In this document: piece after piece, positions 39,785-52,609 of the stretch
Layout of the letters: each line of letters opens with the position of its first letter
Position numbering within the stretch: position 1 is the first letter of the stretch
DNA from: Podarcis vaucheri
Lineage: Eukaryota
Length of the DNA stretch: 64,000 nt
NCBI GenBank assembly: GCA_965113315.1
Contig: OZ220373.1
Strand: one strand, 5' to 3'
Notes under the pieces: generated by a model
Told to the model about the DNA's origin: nothing
Seen by the model: only the letters and a program-made list of their open reading frames with translations
Database searches by the model: none
Translations under genes and position numbers: made by a program

Positions 39785-42447
39785 GAAGAAGAAGAAGAAG
39801 ACGACGACGACGACTAGGGGACTTGCTCTCACATGTGGCAGTGATGGCCACCAACTTGGATGGCTTTAAAAAAGGGTTGAATGAATTCATGGAGGAGAGA
39901 GAGAAATCGGTGGCTATTAGCCACAATGGCTAACCGTGTTTATGGAAGACCATCTTACTCGGCTACGAGTGACCGCCAAAGAAGAAGAAGAAGCTCTGCC
40001 TTCACAACCAGTAATGCAGAGGCAGCGATGCTTCTGAATAATAGTTGCTGGAAACTCCATGAGGAGAGAGTACTCCTGCTCAGATCCCGCTTGCAGGTTT
40101 CCCACGGGCATCTGCTTGGCCACTGTGAGAACAGGAAGCGGGACTAGGTGGGCCACAGGCCTGATCCTGCAAGCCTTCCTTCTGTTCTTAGAGAATTGCA
40201 AGGATCTCTTTCTGCTCTCGAAAGGAAGCATAGACCCGGCATCAGTGAACACAGAGCAGCTCTGCCTTAATCGTTATATAATCTGCAAAATGCAGTCATG
40301 TTTCAAATTTACAAAACAAATAGCTGGACCTCGAGGGTGATAGCTATTGGGGGGGGGGTGGAAGCAGACAAAAGTCAGCCTGTCCCTGGGATGCAAATTG
40401 GAGAAGGGGAGTGTGTTCTATAGGTCAGACGCTTACTAATTCCTAATGGCTGACTAATGGTCACTTTAGAAGGAATGTATTTGAGGTCTTTCTCAGGGCT
40501 CGGCTGAACAGTTAATTCATGACTGATCTCGTTATGATTTAAATCTGTCACAATCTCACTGTGTATCTGTCTCTTCCCCTAGCACATAACACTTTGTGGC
40601 TTTCCCCCCTTTCTTTCTTTTCCCAGAAGGTGAGGTAGTTTCCTAGAGACTTCACAGGCTATTTATAATATCTTTTGCCCTTATGTTTCATGTAAATATA
40701 TGCAGATCTTAGAACAGCCCTTTGCTTAACCTTGAGACTGAGCTGAGAGAAGCATCAATGCTGCCTTTGTATAGAAATGGCCTTGTCCTCTAGAGCACTA
40801 TTCTTCAACCTTTGGTCTCCAGAAGCTGTTAGACTACAACTCTCCTCGTCCCTGAGCATTGGCAAAGATAACTGAAGATGATGGAAGGTGAGATAAAATG
40901 CAATAAATTAACAAACAAAACAGACGTTTCTGATTATTATTGCTATGATACTACGCAGCCGGGACCTAGTTGTCAGATCAATGTACTGACCTTGCACACT
41001 GCGCAACTCGGGTCCTATGTGATAATTTAAAAAGTGTTTCCTCCAAAGATTACTTCACCATCTTTCACATCTGTGTCTAAAGTCTGGTTCCATGGACTTA
41101 CCTTTACAGACGTTACGATTTAAATGACGCACCTGCATTTTAATTCCAAAAAGCTTTTAAAAAAGAAAAGAATTGTTGGAAGGCTGAATTGCATTAAAAA
41201 AAAAATAGCGGTCTTCCTTTTGTTATATTTAAATTGCTGCTGGCTTTAAAACATTTTTAAAAATTATATATGTTGTCTAAATTTGTTGTTCTATTATAGA
41301 TAATCTCAGACATTTTATAGAGAAGGAGCAAACAAGGTTTATAGATCAATAAATCATACCTCACTTTATGCATCAGGCTACATACATCGCCTACATAAGC
41401 TTATGCCATAATAAATTTGTTAAGTCTTTAAGGTGCCACAAGCCTCTTTATTCTTTGTTTTTGTTTTTATTATACATCTGTTCTCCTCTACAGAGAACTT
41501 GCTCTTTCCCAGTGTGTAAACCCAGATTCTGTGTAAGTTAAGGTTGAATATGATGGCTGTGAACGTATTTGTCTCACTTGTAAACTTGCATAATGATTTC
41601 TCTCGGGCTGCTTCCAGACTGTGGCAAATTCAGGTTGCAGAATTATAGCAGATTGGGAGGTCTTGCGCAGCAAACCAGCTTCCCCCAAAGATTTGACTTT
41701 TTGCAATGAGCTATGGTCTCATCCCACTTCCCAGCAAATGCAAAGCACACAGGAGCCACCTTCTACCCATGGATCTCCTTATCTGGATTGGAGTGCAGAT
41801 GGGATTCCTCTCCCAGCCCAGCCCTGACAATGGACCTGTCTTAACACTGCCTTGTTCTTAAATTTACATCCCACTTTTCAAGGCTGGTCTTGGGTGGCCA
41901 CCAAGGCAGTTGTACCTGATGGAGTCTGAACCTTGGCAGATGTCTCACGATGGCAGGTGCAGAGCTGGCCCTCATGCCTACACCCACACCCTTCCTGTGA
42001 AAACAACAATGTCCAAAGCATCACACAGCTTAAGCCAATCCTTTCTGCATGTTTTTGGGCCACCCCAAACCATATTTATAAAGCCATAATGCTGGAAGAG
42101 AGCAGGGGAAGTAATAGGAAACCAAGGGTTCTTTGGAAGTCATGTGAGCCCAATTAAGTGCATGCAATAATCTTGGGCTTAGTTTGATTAACCCTGATCT
42201 CACCTTTATTATTTTCTCATTTATCTCTTCAATAGGATGAAGTTAATACTCAGCACAATATATGAATGACACAGACAGGAAGATAAGAATAAGCCAATTT
42301 ACTGTACGATCAGTCAGTTATTGCAATACAGTCTGCTTCCGATTTATACTATGTAAAAAAAGGGCTAGGGCTAATTAAGCATATGTTTGTGCAGATTAGG
42401 GCCTAAATGAGATTTACCCCAATTTTCTACACCATCTGTGCACACTG

Positions 42448-42681
42448 NNNNNNNNNNNNNNNNNNNNNNNNNNNNNNNNNNNNNNNNNNNNNNNNNNNNN
42501 NNNNNNNNNNNNNNNNNNNNNNNNNNNNNNNNNNNNNNNNNNNNNNNNNNNNNNNNNNNNNNNNNNNNNNNNNNNNNNNNNNNNNNNNNNNNNNNNNNNN
42601 NNNNNNNNNNNNNNNNNNNNNNNNNNNNNNNNNNNNNNNNNNNNNNNNNNNNNNNNNNNNNNNNNNNNNNNNNNNNNNNNN
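42448..42681. other. Assembly gap (234 N)
   Basis: Run of N. Confidence 0.99.
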
Positions 42682-43103
42682 GGAGTGGAATCACCAAAGC
42701 AGTTGGATGGTACTTTATACACCTCCTTCTAGCAATTCCTGCAGCCAAACTGGTGCTAAACGTCTTGCTCTGCTTTTCTTTGGACCACATCAGCGAGGCC
42801 GGGGGGGGGGGTCTTGTTGTTTGGACAACCTAGGACCTTCATACACACTGCCTAGGCTTGTGCCCTGGGGAGGTCTCTTCAATCCTGCTAATACAGTTTG
42901 ACTTCACCCCCAGAGGCACACTCCATTGTCTCTTGAGATGGAGAGGGAGTGTGGCATGGGGAGTTTTGAGAGCCAGATAGAGAGGTCTGGGGCCGCATTT
43001 AGCTTCCAGGCATGAGGTTCCCCAGCCCCATTCTACAGCCGATGAGGACATTGATATCTCTCTCCTGCCCCCAAGCCAATCTGAATCACGCACACAATGT
43101 GGA

Positions 43104-43453
43104 GTTGAAGTGCTGGGTATGTTTAGCCTGGAAAAAAGGAGACAGAGAGGAGATATGATAGCCATCTTCAAATATCTAAAAAGGGCTGTCACATGGAAGA
43201 TGGAGGAAGCTCGTTTTCTCTGAAGGGTAGGACTCAAACCAGTGGCTTTGAGTTACAAGAAAGGAGATTCCAACTAAACATCAAGAATAACTTTCTGATG
43301 GTAAGAGCGGTTCGACAGTGGAAGGTGGTGGACTCTCCTTCCTTGGAGGTTTTAAAGCAGAGGTTAGATGGCCATCTATCATGGATGCTCTAGTTGAGAT
43401 TCCTACACTGGACTAGATGAGGCTCCGAGTCCCTCCAACTCTACAGTTCTATG
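43104..43453 (+). mobile_element. CR1 LINE 3' fragment
   Basis: TTTAGCCTGGAAAAAAGGAGAC...GFELQERRFQLNIK...CCAACTCTACAGTTCTATGA. Confidence 0.85.
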
Positions 43454-44300
43454 ACTCCTTCAGGCCTCACAGATGTGCAAAGATGCTTGCTTGAGTGCTA
43501 AAGTCACATCTACTCAATATGCAAAACTTCTTGTATGTCAGTCACCCATGATTGAATTATTCATATATTTATGAAATTTGTAATTGTCTCTCTCCCCCAC
43601 CCCTTTCTTTTTTTGCAAGATGTCATCATCTTCTCTCCACCATTTCCTGCCAGGCATGTGGATAATTTCCTCTTCTATTAATTTAATCCCCACCCCATCC
43701 CAATTTTACCTTTTCAGACATTTGGAAACCTTGCCTCCAAAATGCTTTTCACAAGATAGCACATGCTCCCATCTCAGTTTACTTTGAAGTTTATGGCTTC
43801 CACTTGGACCTCAACTGGTCTCTGTGAAGTAAAAGGGCACTCAAAGGACATGGAGAATGGCATGCGGATTGGAGATCCACGTTTCTATTCTTCGGAGCAG
43901 ATGGCGGGGGGCGGGGGCTGTCAGGAGCCATTCCTGACCCGGGTTGGGTATTGTCCAATCCAGGATCTCTGACATCTGGAGCTGGAGCTGAAAGCCGGGG
44001 TCCCAAATTCTGCAAGCAACAGGTGCTTAGTACTTTATTAAGAACCTGCCAATGACCCATCAAGTCCAGCATCCTATTATCACAGTGGCCAATCAGATGC
44101 TGGTGGGAAATCCGCAAGCAGGACTTTGGACCTTGGACGAAGAGCCCGGGCATCATGGCTAGTAGCCATCTGTTGCTGTCCCCTCCATGAATTTGTCTAG
44201 TCCTCTTTTAAATCCATCTAGGCTGTTAGCTGTCACTGCCTCTTGTGATAGCAAGTCCTTCAGTCTAACTGTGTGCTGTGTCCATTGGGTGTCCATACAC

Positions 44301-44683
44301 GGGACGCTGGTGGCTCTGTGGTCTAAACCACTGAGATTCTTGGGCTTGCTGATCAGAAGGTCGGCGGTTTGAATCCCCATGATGGGGTGAGCTCCCGTTG
44401 CTCGGCCCCAGCTCCTGCCAACCTAGCAGTTCGAAAGCACGCCATTGCAAGTAGATAAACAGTTCCCGCTGTGGCGGGAAGGTAAACGGCATTTCCATCA
44501 CTCTGGTTTCCATCACAGTGTCCCATTGTGTCAGAAGCGGTTTAGCCATGCTGGCCACATGACCCGGAAAGCTGTCTGTGGACAAACGCCGGCTCCCTCG
44601 ACCTGAAAGCGAGATGAGCGCCGCAACCCCATAGTCGCCTTTGACTGGACTTAACCGTCCAGGGGTCTTTTACCTTTACCTTT
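44301..44683 (+). mobile_element. Sauria SINE (longer subfamily)
   Basis: GGGACGCTGGTGGCTCTGTGG head, tRNA-like boxes, (ACCTTT)n tail; adjoins an old minus-strand CR1 3' end at about 44035-44280. Confidence 0.88.
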
Positions 44684-45649
44684 TTATCCATGAGTTAAAA
44701 CACAATGCGCTAGCAAACATTCCCCATTGACATCAGTGGGAGTTAGACGTAAATACACTTATAATACAGTAATAGAGTTTGACGTCAAGGACTATTTAAC
44801 AATACCAATGATCCATCTGAATCAGGCAAAATTCTCCCTATGGTAGCATTGCATCTAGATTAAAACTGGCTACAAGTAACTGGAGAGGCAGAGTCAACTT
44901 ACTAAACCATAAGTGGATTATGCAATATGCATTTCTAATGCTTCCTGTGTTCATTTAGTTGGGCCACCATTTCTGCTTTGAAGAAGTCACATGATGTGGA
45001 GGAACAGGAAGCTCTGGGGATGAACTCTTGGTTCACCCCAAACACCGCAGTCTGGTTGTGGTCTGTTCACTCTCTCCAGCTCTCTGCAGTCTAGAAATAG
45101 ATTTCCATCATAGGAACTATTTGATGGGATATTCATTTATTTGTCACCTTATTTCACACAATTCATTTCGGATGTGTTGTAAACTTTAAAGAATATTTTT
45201 TTAAAAAAACCTAAAATTCATAGCAGGGCAATACCTCCTTGTAAACCGCTTTAAGGTGTGTGTGTGTGTGTGTGTATACAATCAAGCGGTGTATAATTTT
45301 TAAGAGACAAATAAATTAAATAAATACCACTATTAGGCCAGAGGAATGTTGTAAAATAGCATGCAGGCGTTTCGCTTCCCTAGAACTCTTTATCAGGCCT
45401 TGAGAAGATAAAATAATTTCATATGTTCATAATAAATAAGCACTGTGCAGTTTGTCTGCGACAGTTTCCCACATTATTTGGCCACTAGATGGTGTTGAAG
45501 AGCTGCAGAAATTATTGTTCTTAAGCCATAGCTCAGCGGTGAAACATCTGCACTGCATGCAGATACACTCAGGTAGGACTGGGGGAAACCCATTTGAAAT
45601 TCTGCAGAGTCGCTGTCAGTCACTGGAAGGAGTAAGGAACTCAGGCCCG

Positions 45650-46242
45650 TTGCCCAACCTCTGCTTATAAACCTCCAAGGGAGAAAAGTTCACAACTTCC
45701 CGAGGGAGACTGTTCCACTGTCAAACAGCTCTCACTGTCAGAAAAAAATTCCCTATGTTTAGTCAGAATTTCATTTCTTGTACAGTGGTACCTCGGGTTA
45801 AATACTTAATTTGTTCCGGAGGTCTGTACTTAACCTGAAACTGTTCTTAACCTGAAGCACCACTTTAGCTAATGGGGCCTCCTCCTGCTGCCGCGCCACC
45901 AGAGCACGATTTCTGTTCTCATCCTGAAGCAAAGTTCTTAACCCGAGGAACTATTTCTGGAGCCTGTAACCTGAAGCGTCTGTAACCTGAAGCATATGTA
46001 ACCCGAGGTACCACTGTAACTTGAAGCCATTGGTTCAAGTCCTACTCTCCAGAGCAGGAGAAAACAAGCTTGCTCCATCTTCCATGTGACAGCCCTTGAG
46101 ATATCTGAAGATGGCTATCATCTCTCCTCTCAGTCTTCTCTTTCCCAGGCTAGACATACCCAGACCCTTCAACCATTCCTCATAAGGCTTGACTTCTAGA
46201 TGCTTGATCATCCTAGTTCTCCTCTTCCTGCACACATTCCAG
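45650..46242 (-). mobile_element. CR1 LINE fragment interrupted by a Tigger-like MITE
   Basis: KPYEEWLKGLGMSSLGKRRLRGEMIAIFRYLKG; the CR1 sequence TTCTTG-TA-ACTTGAAG is split by the MITE. Confidence 0.85.
45783..46016. mobile_element. Tigger/pogo-like MITE
   Basis: Perfect TIR CAGTGGTACCTCGGGTTA / TAACCCGAGGTACCACTG; TA duplicated; inverted sister copy at 53743-53961. Confidence 0.9.
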
Positions 46243-46341
46243 TAAGTCCTGTTTAATTTAATGGGGAATTATTCCAGAGCAAACACGTACCAGATGGAAC
46301 TTTTAGAAGGTTGAGGATTAGGGAGGCCTTAAGAAACAGAT

Positions 46342-46693
46342 AGGGACGTGGGTGGCACTGTGGGTTAAACCACAGAGCCTAGGACTTGCTGATCAGAAGG
46401 TCAGCAGTTCGAATCCCCACGATGGGGTGAACTCCCGTTGCTCAGTCCCTGCTCCTGCCAACCTAGCAGTTCGAAAGGACGTCAAAGTGCAAGTAGATAA
46501 ATAGGTAGCACTCCAGCGGGAAGGTGAACGGCGTTTCCGTGCGCTGCTCTGGTTCGCCAGAAGTGGCTTAGTCATGCTGGCCACATGACCCGGAAGCTGT
46601 ACGCTGGCTCCCTCGGCCAGTAAAGCGAGATGAGCGCCCCAACCCCAGAGTTGGCCACGACTGGACCTAATGGTCAGGGGTCCCTTTACCTTT
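46342..46693 (+). mobile_element. Sauria SINE, full length
   Basis: 13-bp TSD TTAAGAAACAGAT at 46329-46341 and 46694-46706. Confidence 0.92.
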
Positions 46694-47241
46694 TTAAGAA
46701 ACAGATGCAGATCATATAACAACACATAATTCTGAGAGGTTTAGGAGACTGGTTGATTTGAGATAATATTTTATTTTGTCCATGGGTTGCAAAAATGTGC
46801 AATAGGTATGTTTACAGGACCGGCTCCTTGTCAGTGGATGGGATTTGCAATTTCTTCCCTGCCCCCAAATAAATCAAATGGAAGGAGTCTGATCACATTC
46901 TGCTCTACAGCAATTAGTGCAAGTAAAACATTTGCTCGACATGTTCACATGGACTGCTTGCTGCCCTGGCCAGAGATGCTCATGCAAGCTCATCCTCAAG
47001 GTATCTTGAAACATCTGTGCAGAACAACCACTTGACTAAAAGGAAGGCTTGCAGAATGATTGCCTCTGCCCCATGTCCAGGACCACATGGGTAACATTTG
47101 AAGCAGGGGGAATGCCATGGTTTGGGACTTCCACTTCATTCCCCATGTCAAGCGTTATTGGTGTGTAATGAGATCCAGTCATGTGGAAGCAGAAAGGGTA
47201 ATGGAAAGATCAAAATAGTTGGGGCCATGTGTACTTAATGC

Positions 47242-47242
<1 letters not shown>

Positions 47243-47287
<45 letters not shown>
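47243..47287. repeat. (AAT)n microsatellite
   Basis: Direct reading. Confidence 0.95.
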
Positions 47288-47288
<1 letters not shown>

Positions 47289-50200
47289 CTGCTCCTGAGC
47301 AATACAAAAGCTGGGTCCTGTGGCTTGCGTAAATTATGCAAACTGAGCAATGCTACATCATTTTTTTTAAACTTTGCATCACTTATACCGCAGGTTTTCA
47401 CCCTACCTACTGTTCTGCACAATTGATTCAGGTTTCTCAAGTCACAGGGAAGGGCTATGGTGGGCCCTGAATCCCTGTCCGCTGACGATTTTTAAACCGT
47501 CTTCTGAAATTTCAGTTAACACACACACAAATCTCCAATGCCCCTCTCTGCTTCCATGGGCTGCCCCGTGCATCTACCAAAACAAAGGTGGTCACTGTGG
47601 ACTGGACACCTGTACAATGCCTGCAAAGAAGCCTTTGGGAAGAGTGGATGTATCCAGGCATCAAAGCTTTGGGATCTATAGCAGAGTATTTGACTGGGGC
47701 ATTTTATTGCAATCTGTTTTTCGATTGGTTTACTCAAGTGTTTCCCACCACTTCCTTCTCTCTCAAACTTGATTACTGTGCACTTTGTGATTGGCAGCTG
47801 AAGGTGTGAACTGACACCACTGGAAGACCTGTGTGTTGGAAGTGCAAGCCTGTGGTTTTGCACCTGTGGTGGTCCATTCAGACATGCCTGTGTTGGTCCA
47901 TTCGTCACTTGGGAACCAGCCTGTACTCAGGAGCTCAACCCACTTTTAATATTGATTCCTATGGGCTTTGGGCAGCTCAGCTATGCTGGACTGTGGCCTG
48001 TCAGATTTTGCATTGTCTCCAGCGATACCCTTGATCAGAATGAACCTCCTGGGGAAGCGGGTGCATCAGAATATTCATCCTGCACATTGTGAGGAATGAA
48101 TTACAGGATAATATTCTGCATGAGTGAGAGACCCTCCCCTCCAATTCTGATAAATGGAATCAGTTGCAATTCATGCAAATATCTTCTGCACACAACCCTG
48201 CTCAGTTATATGCCAGTTTTATTCTGGACCAGAATAATGTTGGAGATACGTATTGGGAATGTCTGTGTGGCAATTTCCTGCTTTAGTACTAGCATATATG
48301 ATGGGCAAGTTCAGGTATTACCCTCTAAATGTGGGGAGACATTTACAGCACACCATTCTCCCTGTGCCGGCATCTTCTAGGGCAGAGGTGGTGGACCTGT
48401 GGCCCTCCAGATCTTGCTGGACATCTTCCCTGACCATGTTTTCTTGGGCTGTTCAAGTCCAACAACTGGTAAGCCCCTGGTTCTTCATCCCTGATCTAGG
48501 AGGACTTGATGTGAAGCTGAAGGGATTCCTTCTGGGTCACACCATTCCCCAGTTCCCACAAGAAGAAGAGTATTTGCACCTGCTACCTGCATCTACCTTC
48601 TCCTTACCAGAGAGAGAGCATCTGTGTCTACTATTTTCACAGACCTCTCTGGCAGCAGCTGTTTTGGCCTGCAGTTGGAGTGGAAAGAGGAGGCAGAAAA
48701 GCCCACAGTTGCTTCCACCTGCATGGCGGACATGTGGATAACTTTGGGGGAATTGAAACGCAAGGCGCATGGGTAGATGATGAAGCTCAGCAATGCAGCA
48801 GATGCATAACTGAGCTTCAAACCTATTTCCAAAGTTTCAGAAGCTGCTATAGTACAGAACCTGTGCTGTGATGCCGACACACAGAGAGAGAGCTTCTGCA
48901 AGATTTCCTGTTCACTTATTCCTTGATGTGTGTGGTGTGCTGAAATCCTTTTGTAGAGCAGATCTCTCACCAGGGCACCAACCAGAGCTCACTGCACCAA
49001 AGTGAGCAACTGTCCATGTCGCATGACTTCAAATGTATCTCCAAAACCATAGGGTCTAGAAGGATGCATTATTTATAAAAACAAAACCAAAGAGAAATAA
49101 AACAAAGGAAAGTGGAAGGTTGTCAGAATCTAGGTTCCAGATGCTGTGGAAAATTCTACACATACTTGATCACAGGGAACAATTAGTCAAGGGCAGGGCA
49201 GCCCACAATGGGGTATTCGCCCCCTCGAAGCAGGCAGCTGCAATTATGGGATGCCAGGGGGCCTGCATTGCAGTGAAATGTCAAGAAGCTGCGAGAGCAT
49301 TATGGTCTGTAAATGTCCCTTCCACCAGAAAATGAGCCCAGCCACGAGCCAGCTAACATATAACCCAAATGAGATCATCCAGGGGCAATCAGCCTTAACT
49401 TGTTAACAACAGCAACACAATCAGCGTCCATTGTTCCCTTTAACAATCAAGAAGTCTAATAAGGTGCAAAGTCACATGGAAAAGGCTTTTGGAAACAGCC
49501 CAGTCTGGGGGTCCCGTGAGTCAAACAGAATGGCACTAAATGTACATAGGTGGGCTTGAACTAAGTGTTGTAGTTCAAAACGTTTGAAGGGAACCAGGTT
49601 GGGGGAAGGCTGGGTTAAATTTTGGAACACCTGCTAGCATCTTTTCACACATTACGTTTCTTCGGTGTACCTTGAAGATGTCTTAAGGACATGCGCTTAC
49701 AAACACGTGCATTATCGAAGTACATTTGTCAGAAAGCCATGACCGGCCACGGTTATGTCACCTGCTGAGTGTACACCTGGCGACAAACCCAGGTTTGCTG
49801 TCCTGTCATGTGTGAATCAGCCTTTTCCTTCCCCGTGTTTTACTGATGTGCATTTTTTAAAAACCCTGCATGTTGCCAATAATTTAAGAAAAAGAAAATC
49901 AACTAATACTGCTTAATAAATACATAAAAGTATCTTTTCCGGTCTTTTAAAACAAGAATCTAGAGCGTCCACAAGAGTTAAGGATGATTGTCCCTTGATT
50001 ATCTAAGGCAAATCTGTTTGACATGGTATCCCACCCCCATTCTTCTTTTTACATAAAGCAGTCACATAAAAATAGTTATAAATAGAAAATTTCCAAAGGA
50101 TCTTCCACCCTCCTGACAATACCCCGTCCCAACAAACAGGAAACATAAGAAAAGCATGTCCCTTTTGCTTCAAGTTCTTGTAGATTATACAGTACTCAGA

Positions 50201-51082
50201 ATCTTTGGATATTTTACAAGGACTCCAAATCGTAGGACACTCACCCCCCCCCCGCAAGCCCTCCCCACACTCAAATAAGCCCTCAAAACCTGAAGGAAGC
50301 CATAATCTGCAAAACAGTAGCTCAGAAAGACGTCTGTACATTTAGAAACAAAAATAGTCTGACGCGGTTCTCAAAAGGTTCTGTTCTCCTTCCCCACATT
50401 GGTGCAAATAAGAGAAGTCTTTTGGTGGGTTTTAAACAAATGCAGGCAGGTTTTTTTTGGGGGGGTGATTTAATTTTCAACAGTCTTCCAGTAAGAAAAA
50501 AAAGTCTTTGATCCTTGAAAGGTCCCTTCACCAGAGGGAGCCAAGCAGTGCTGAAGGGGGCCTACGGAGAGAAAAAGAAAAGAAATTTCAGGTACTGGGA
50601 AATTTGCTTTCAGTAGTCCATTCTTTAAAGTCATGGTCCTATGGTTTTTCTATCATTATTCTTGGAAGGAAGGTTGCACATAAAAATGGGGGGTCACCTT
50701 GCCATGCTCTCTGGTAACCTCCCAGCTAGACTACTGTAATGCACAGTTTGTGGGGCTGCCCTTACAGACAACCTGGAGGCTTCAATGAGTGCAGAAACCG
50801 CCTGCTGGAATTTCAACCGATACATATTACACCTATTCTGAAAGAATTAACATTGGCCACCTGTGTGCTTCCAGTGCTGGTGCTTTAAAGCCCTAAACAG
50901 CTCAGGACCCCAATGTTTCTTCCCATAACAGATTGGCTGTGTCCTAAGATCTAGCACTCCTCTCCTCTCTTGCGTTGGAGAGACAGTTATCTAACACTGC
51001 CTCTTCTTCAGTGTTCATGGAGATGCAGCCATTGCAGTCAAGTCACTCACACACAAAACAAAATGGCAAATGTCATAAGATC

Positions 51083-52451
51083 CAGTGGTACCTTGGTTCT
51101 CAAATGCCTTGGTTCCCAAACGCCCAAAACCCAGATGTAAGTGTTCCGGTTTTTGAACATTTTTCGGAAGCCGAACATCTGATGTGGTTGTCGGCTATTG
51201 CTTCCGGGGGGCCTGCACCAATCAGAAGCTTCACCTTGGTTTCCGAACATTTCAGAAGTCGAACGGACTTCTGAAATGGATTAAGTCTGGCGCTTTTGTT
51301 TTTGCTATTTATTCTGTGTTTTTGTTTGTGAGGCTTTTTCGGTTAATTTGTTTTTGTGACTGTGTGGAACCTGAGTTCAGCTACTCATTGACTGATTGTG
51401 TGACTATGGCATGGATAAAAGCCCCATATCTAAAGAATTACTATCATCAGTGCAGGTAAGAAAGAAATAATAATTTTATTTTTTATCATCTACAATACTG
51501 TCTTACTTATTTTGTAGTACTGTACATTGATTATTAAGGGATGCGGGTGGCGCTGTGGGTTAAACCACAGAGCCTGGGACTTGCTGATCAGAAGGTTGGC
51601 GGTTCAAATCCCCGTGACGGGGTGAGCTCCCCATGACTGTCTGTGGACAAAAGCCAGCTCCCTCGGCCTATAGAGCGAGATGAGCACCGCAACCCCAGAG
51701 TCGTCCACGACTGGACCTAATGGTCAGGGGTACCTTTACCTTTTAACAACCAACCCCTAGCCCCTATCCTGGACTGGATGGATGCAGAGGAATGGGGGGG
51801 GGGTACCAGCTGGGTAACCCCCAAGGGAAGAACGCTCAGAGCCTGAGGTCTGGCGGTGGGTTGATGATGAGTAGTCAGAGGGAGAAGGGACGCGGGTGGC
51901 GCTGTGGGTTAAACCACAGAGACTAGGACTTGCCGATCAGAAGGTCGGAGGTTCAAATCCCCGTGACGGGGTGAGCTCCCGTTGCTCGGTCCCTGCTCCT
52001 GCCAACCTAGCAGTTCGAAAGCACGTCAAAGTGCAAGTAGATAAATAGGCACCGCTCTGGCAGGAAGGTAAACGGCATTTCCGTGCATTGCTCTGGTTCG
52101 CCAGAAGCGGCTTAGTCATGCTGGCCACATGACCCGGAAGCTGTATGCTGGCTCCCTCAGCCAGTAAAATGAGATGAGCGCCGCAACCCCAGAGTCAGCC
52201 ACGACTGGACCTAATGGTCAGGGGCCCCTTTACCTTTACATTGATTATTGCTTTCATTTTATGGATCAATGGTCTCATTAGATAGTAAAAATCATGTTAA
52301 ATTGCTGTTTTAGGGGTTGTTTGTAAAAGTCTGGAATGGATTAATCCGTTTTGCATTACTTTCTATGGGAAAGTGCACCTTGGTTTTGGAACGCTTTGGT
52401 TTTGGAACGGACTTCCGGAACGGATTAAGTTTGAGAACAAAGGGACCACTG
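51083..52451. mobile_element. Tigger/pogo-like non-autonomous element containing a nested SINE composite
   Basis: TIR CAGTGGTACCTTGGTTCTCAAA / TTTGAGAACAAAGGGACCACTG; TA on the right (TC on the left). Confidence 0.82.
51536..52236 (+). mobile_element. Composite: internally deleted Sauria SINE (51538-51744) + about 140-bp spacer + full Sauria SINE (51888-52236)
   Basis: Single 13-bp TSD TACATTGATTATT at 51523-51535 and 52237-52249. Confidence 0.85.
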
Positions 52452-52609
52452 TACTTCCCATGTGACCAGAGTTAACCAATCACATGTACTGTATGGGAGA
52501 GAAAGAAGTAAAGAGTCAGTATTGCACATGATTTGGCTTCCTAGCTGAAATTTAGCTCCTCAGCCAACAGTCAACCTACCAAAACCATCCATTGGATAGA
52601 AGGTGGCAC

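Larger units (their letters stand above)
49850..52609 (-). other. ZBTB7C: Probable ZBTB7C 3'UTR (end not defined), interrupted by TEs
   Basis: Follows the stop codon; about 49850-50620 is non-repetitive and U-rich on the minus strand; no clear poly(A) site found by eye. Confidence 0.45.

Noticed and set aside
42371-42901. ORFs spanning N runs (also 63125-63453)
   Set aside because: Artefacts of assembly gaps
45324-45398. Third hammerhead-like motif on the minus strand (CTGATAA..GAAACGCC)
   Set aside because: Core altered (CTGATAA, no UH site); probably a decayed older Penelope-like remnant, as are fragments near 41395-41450 and 29345-29375
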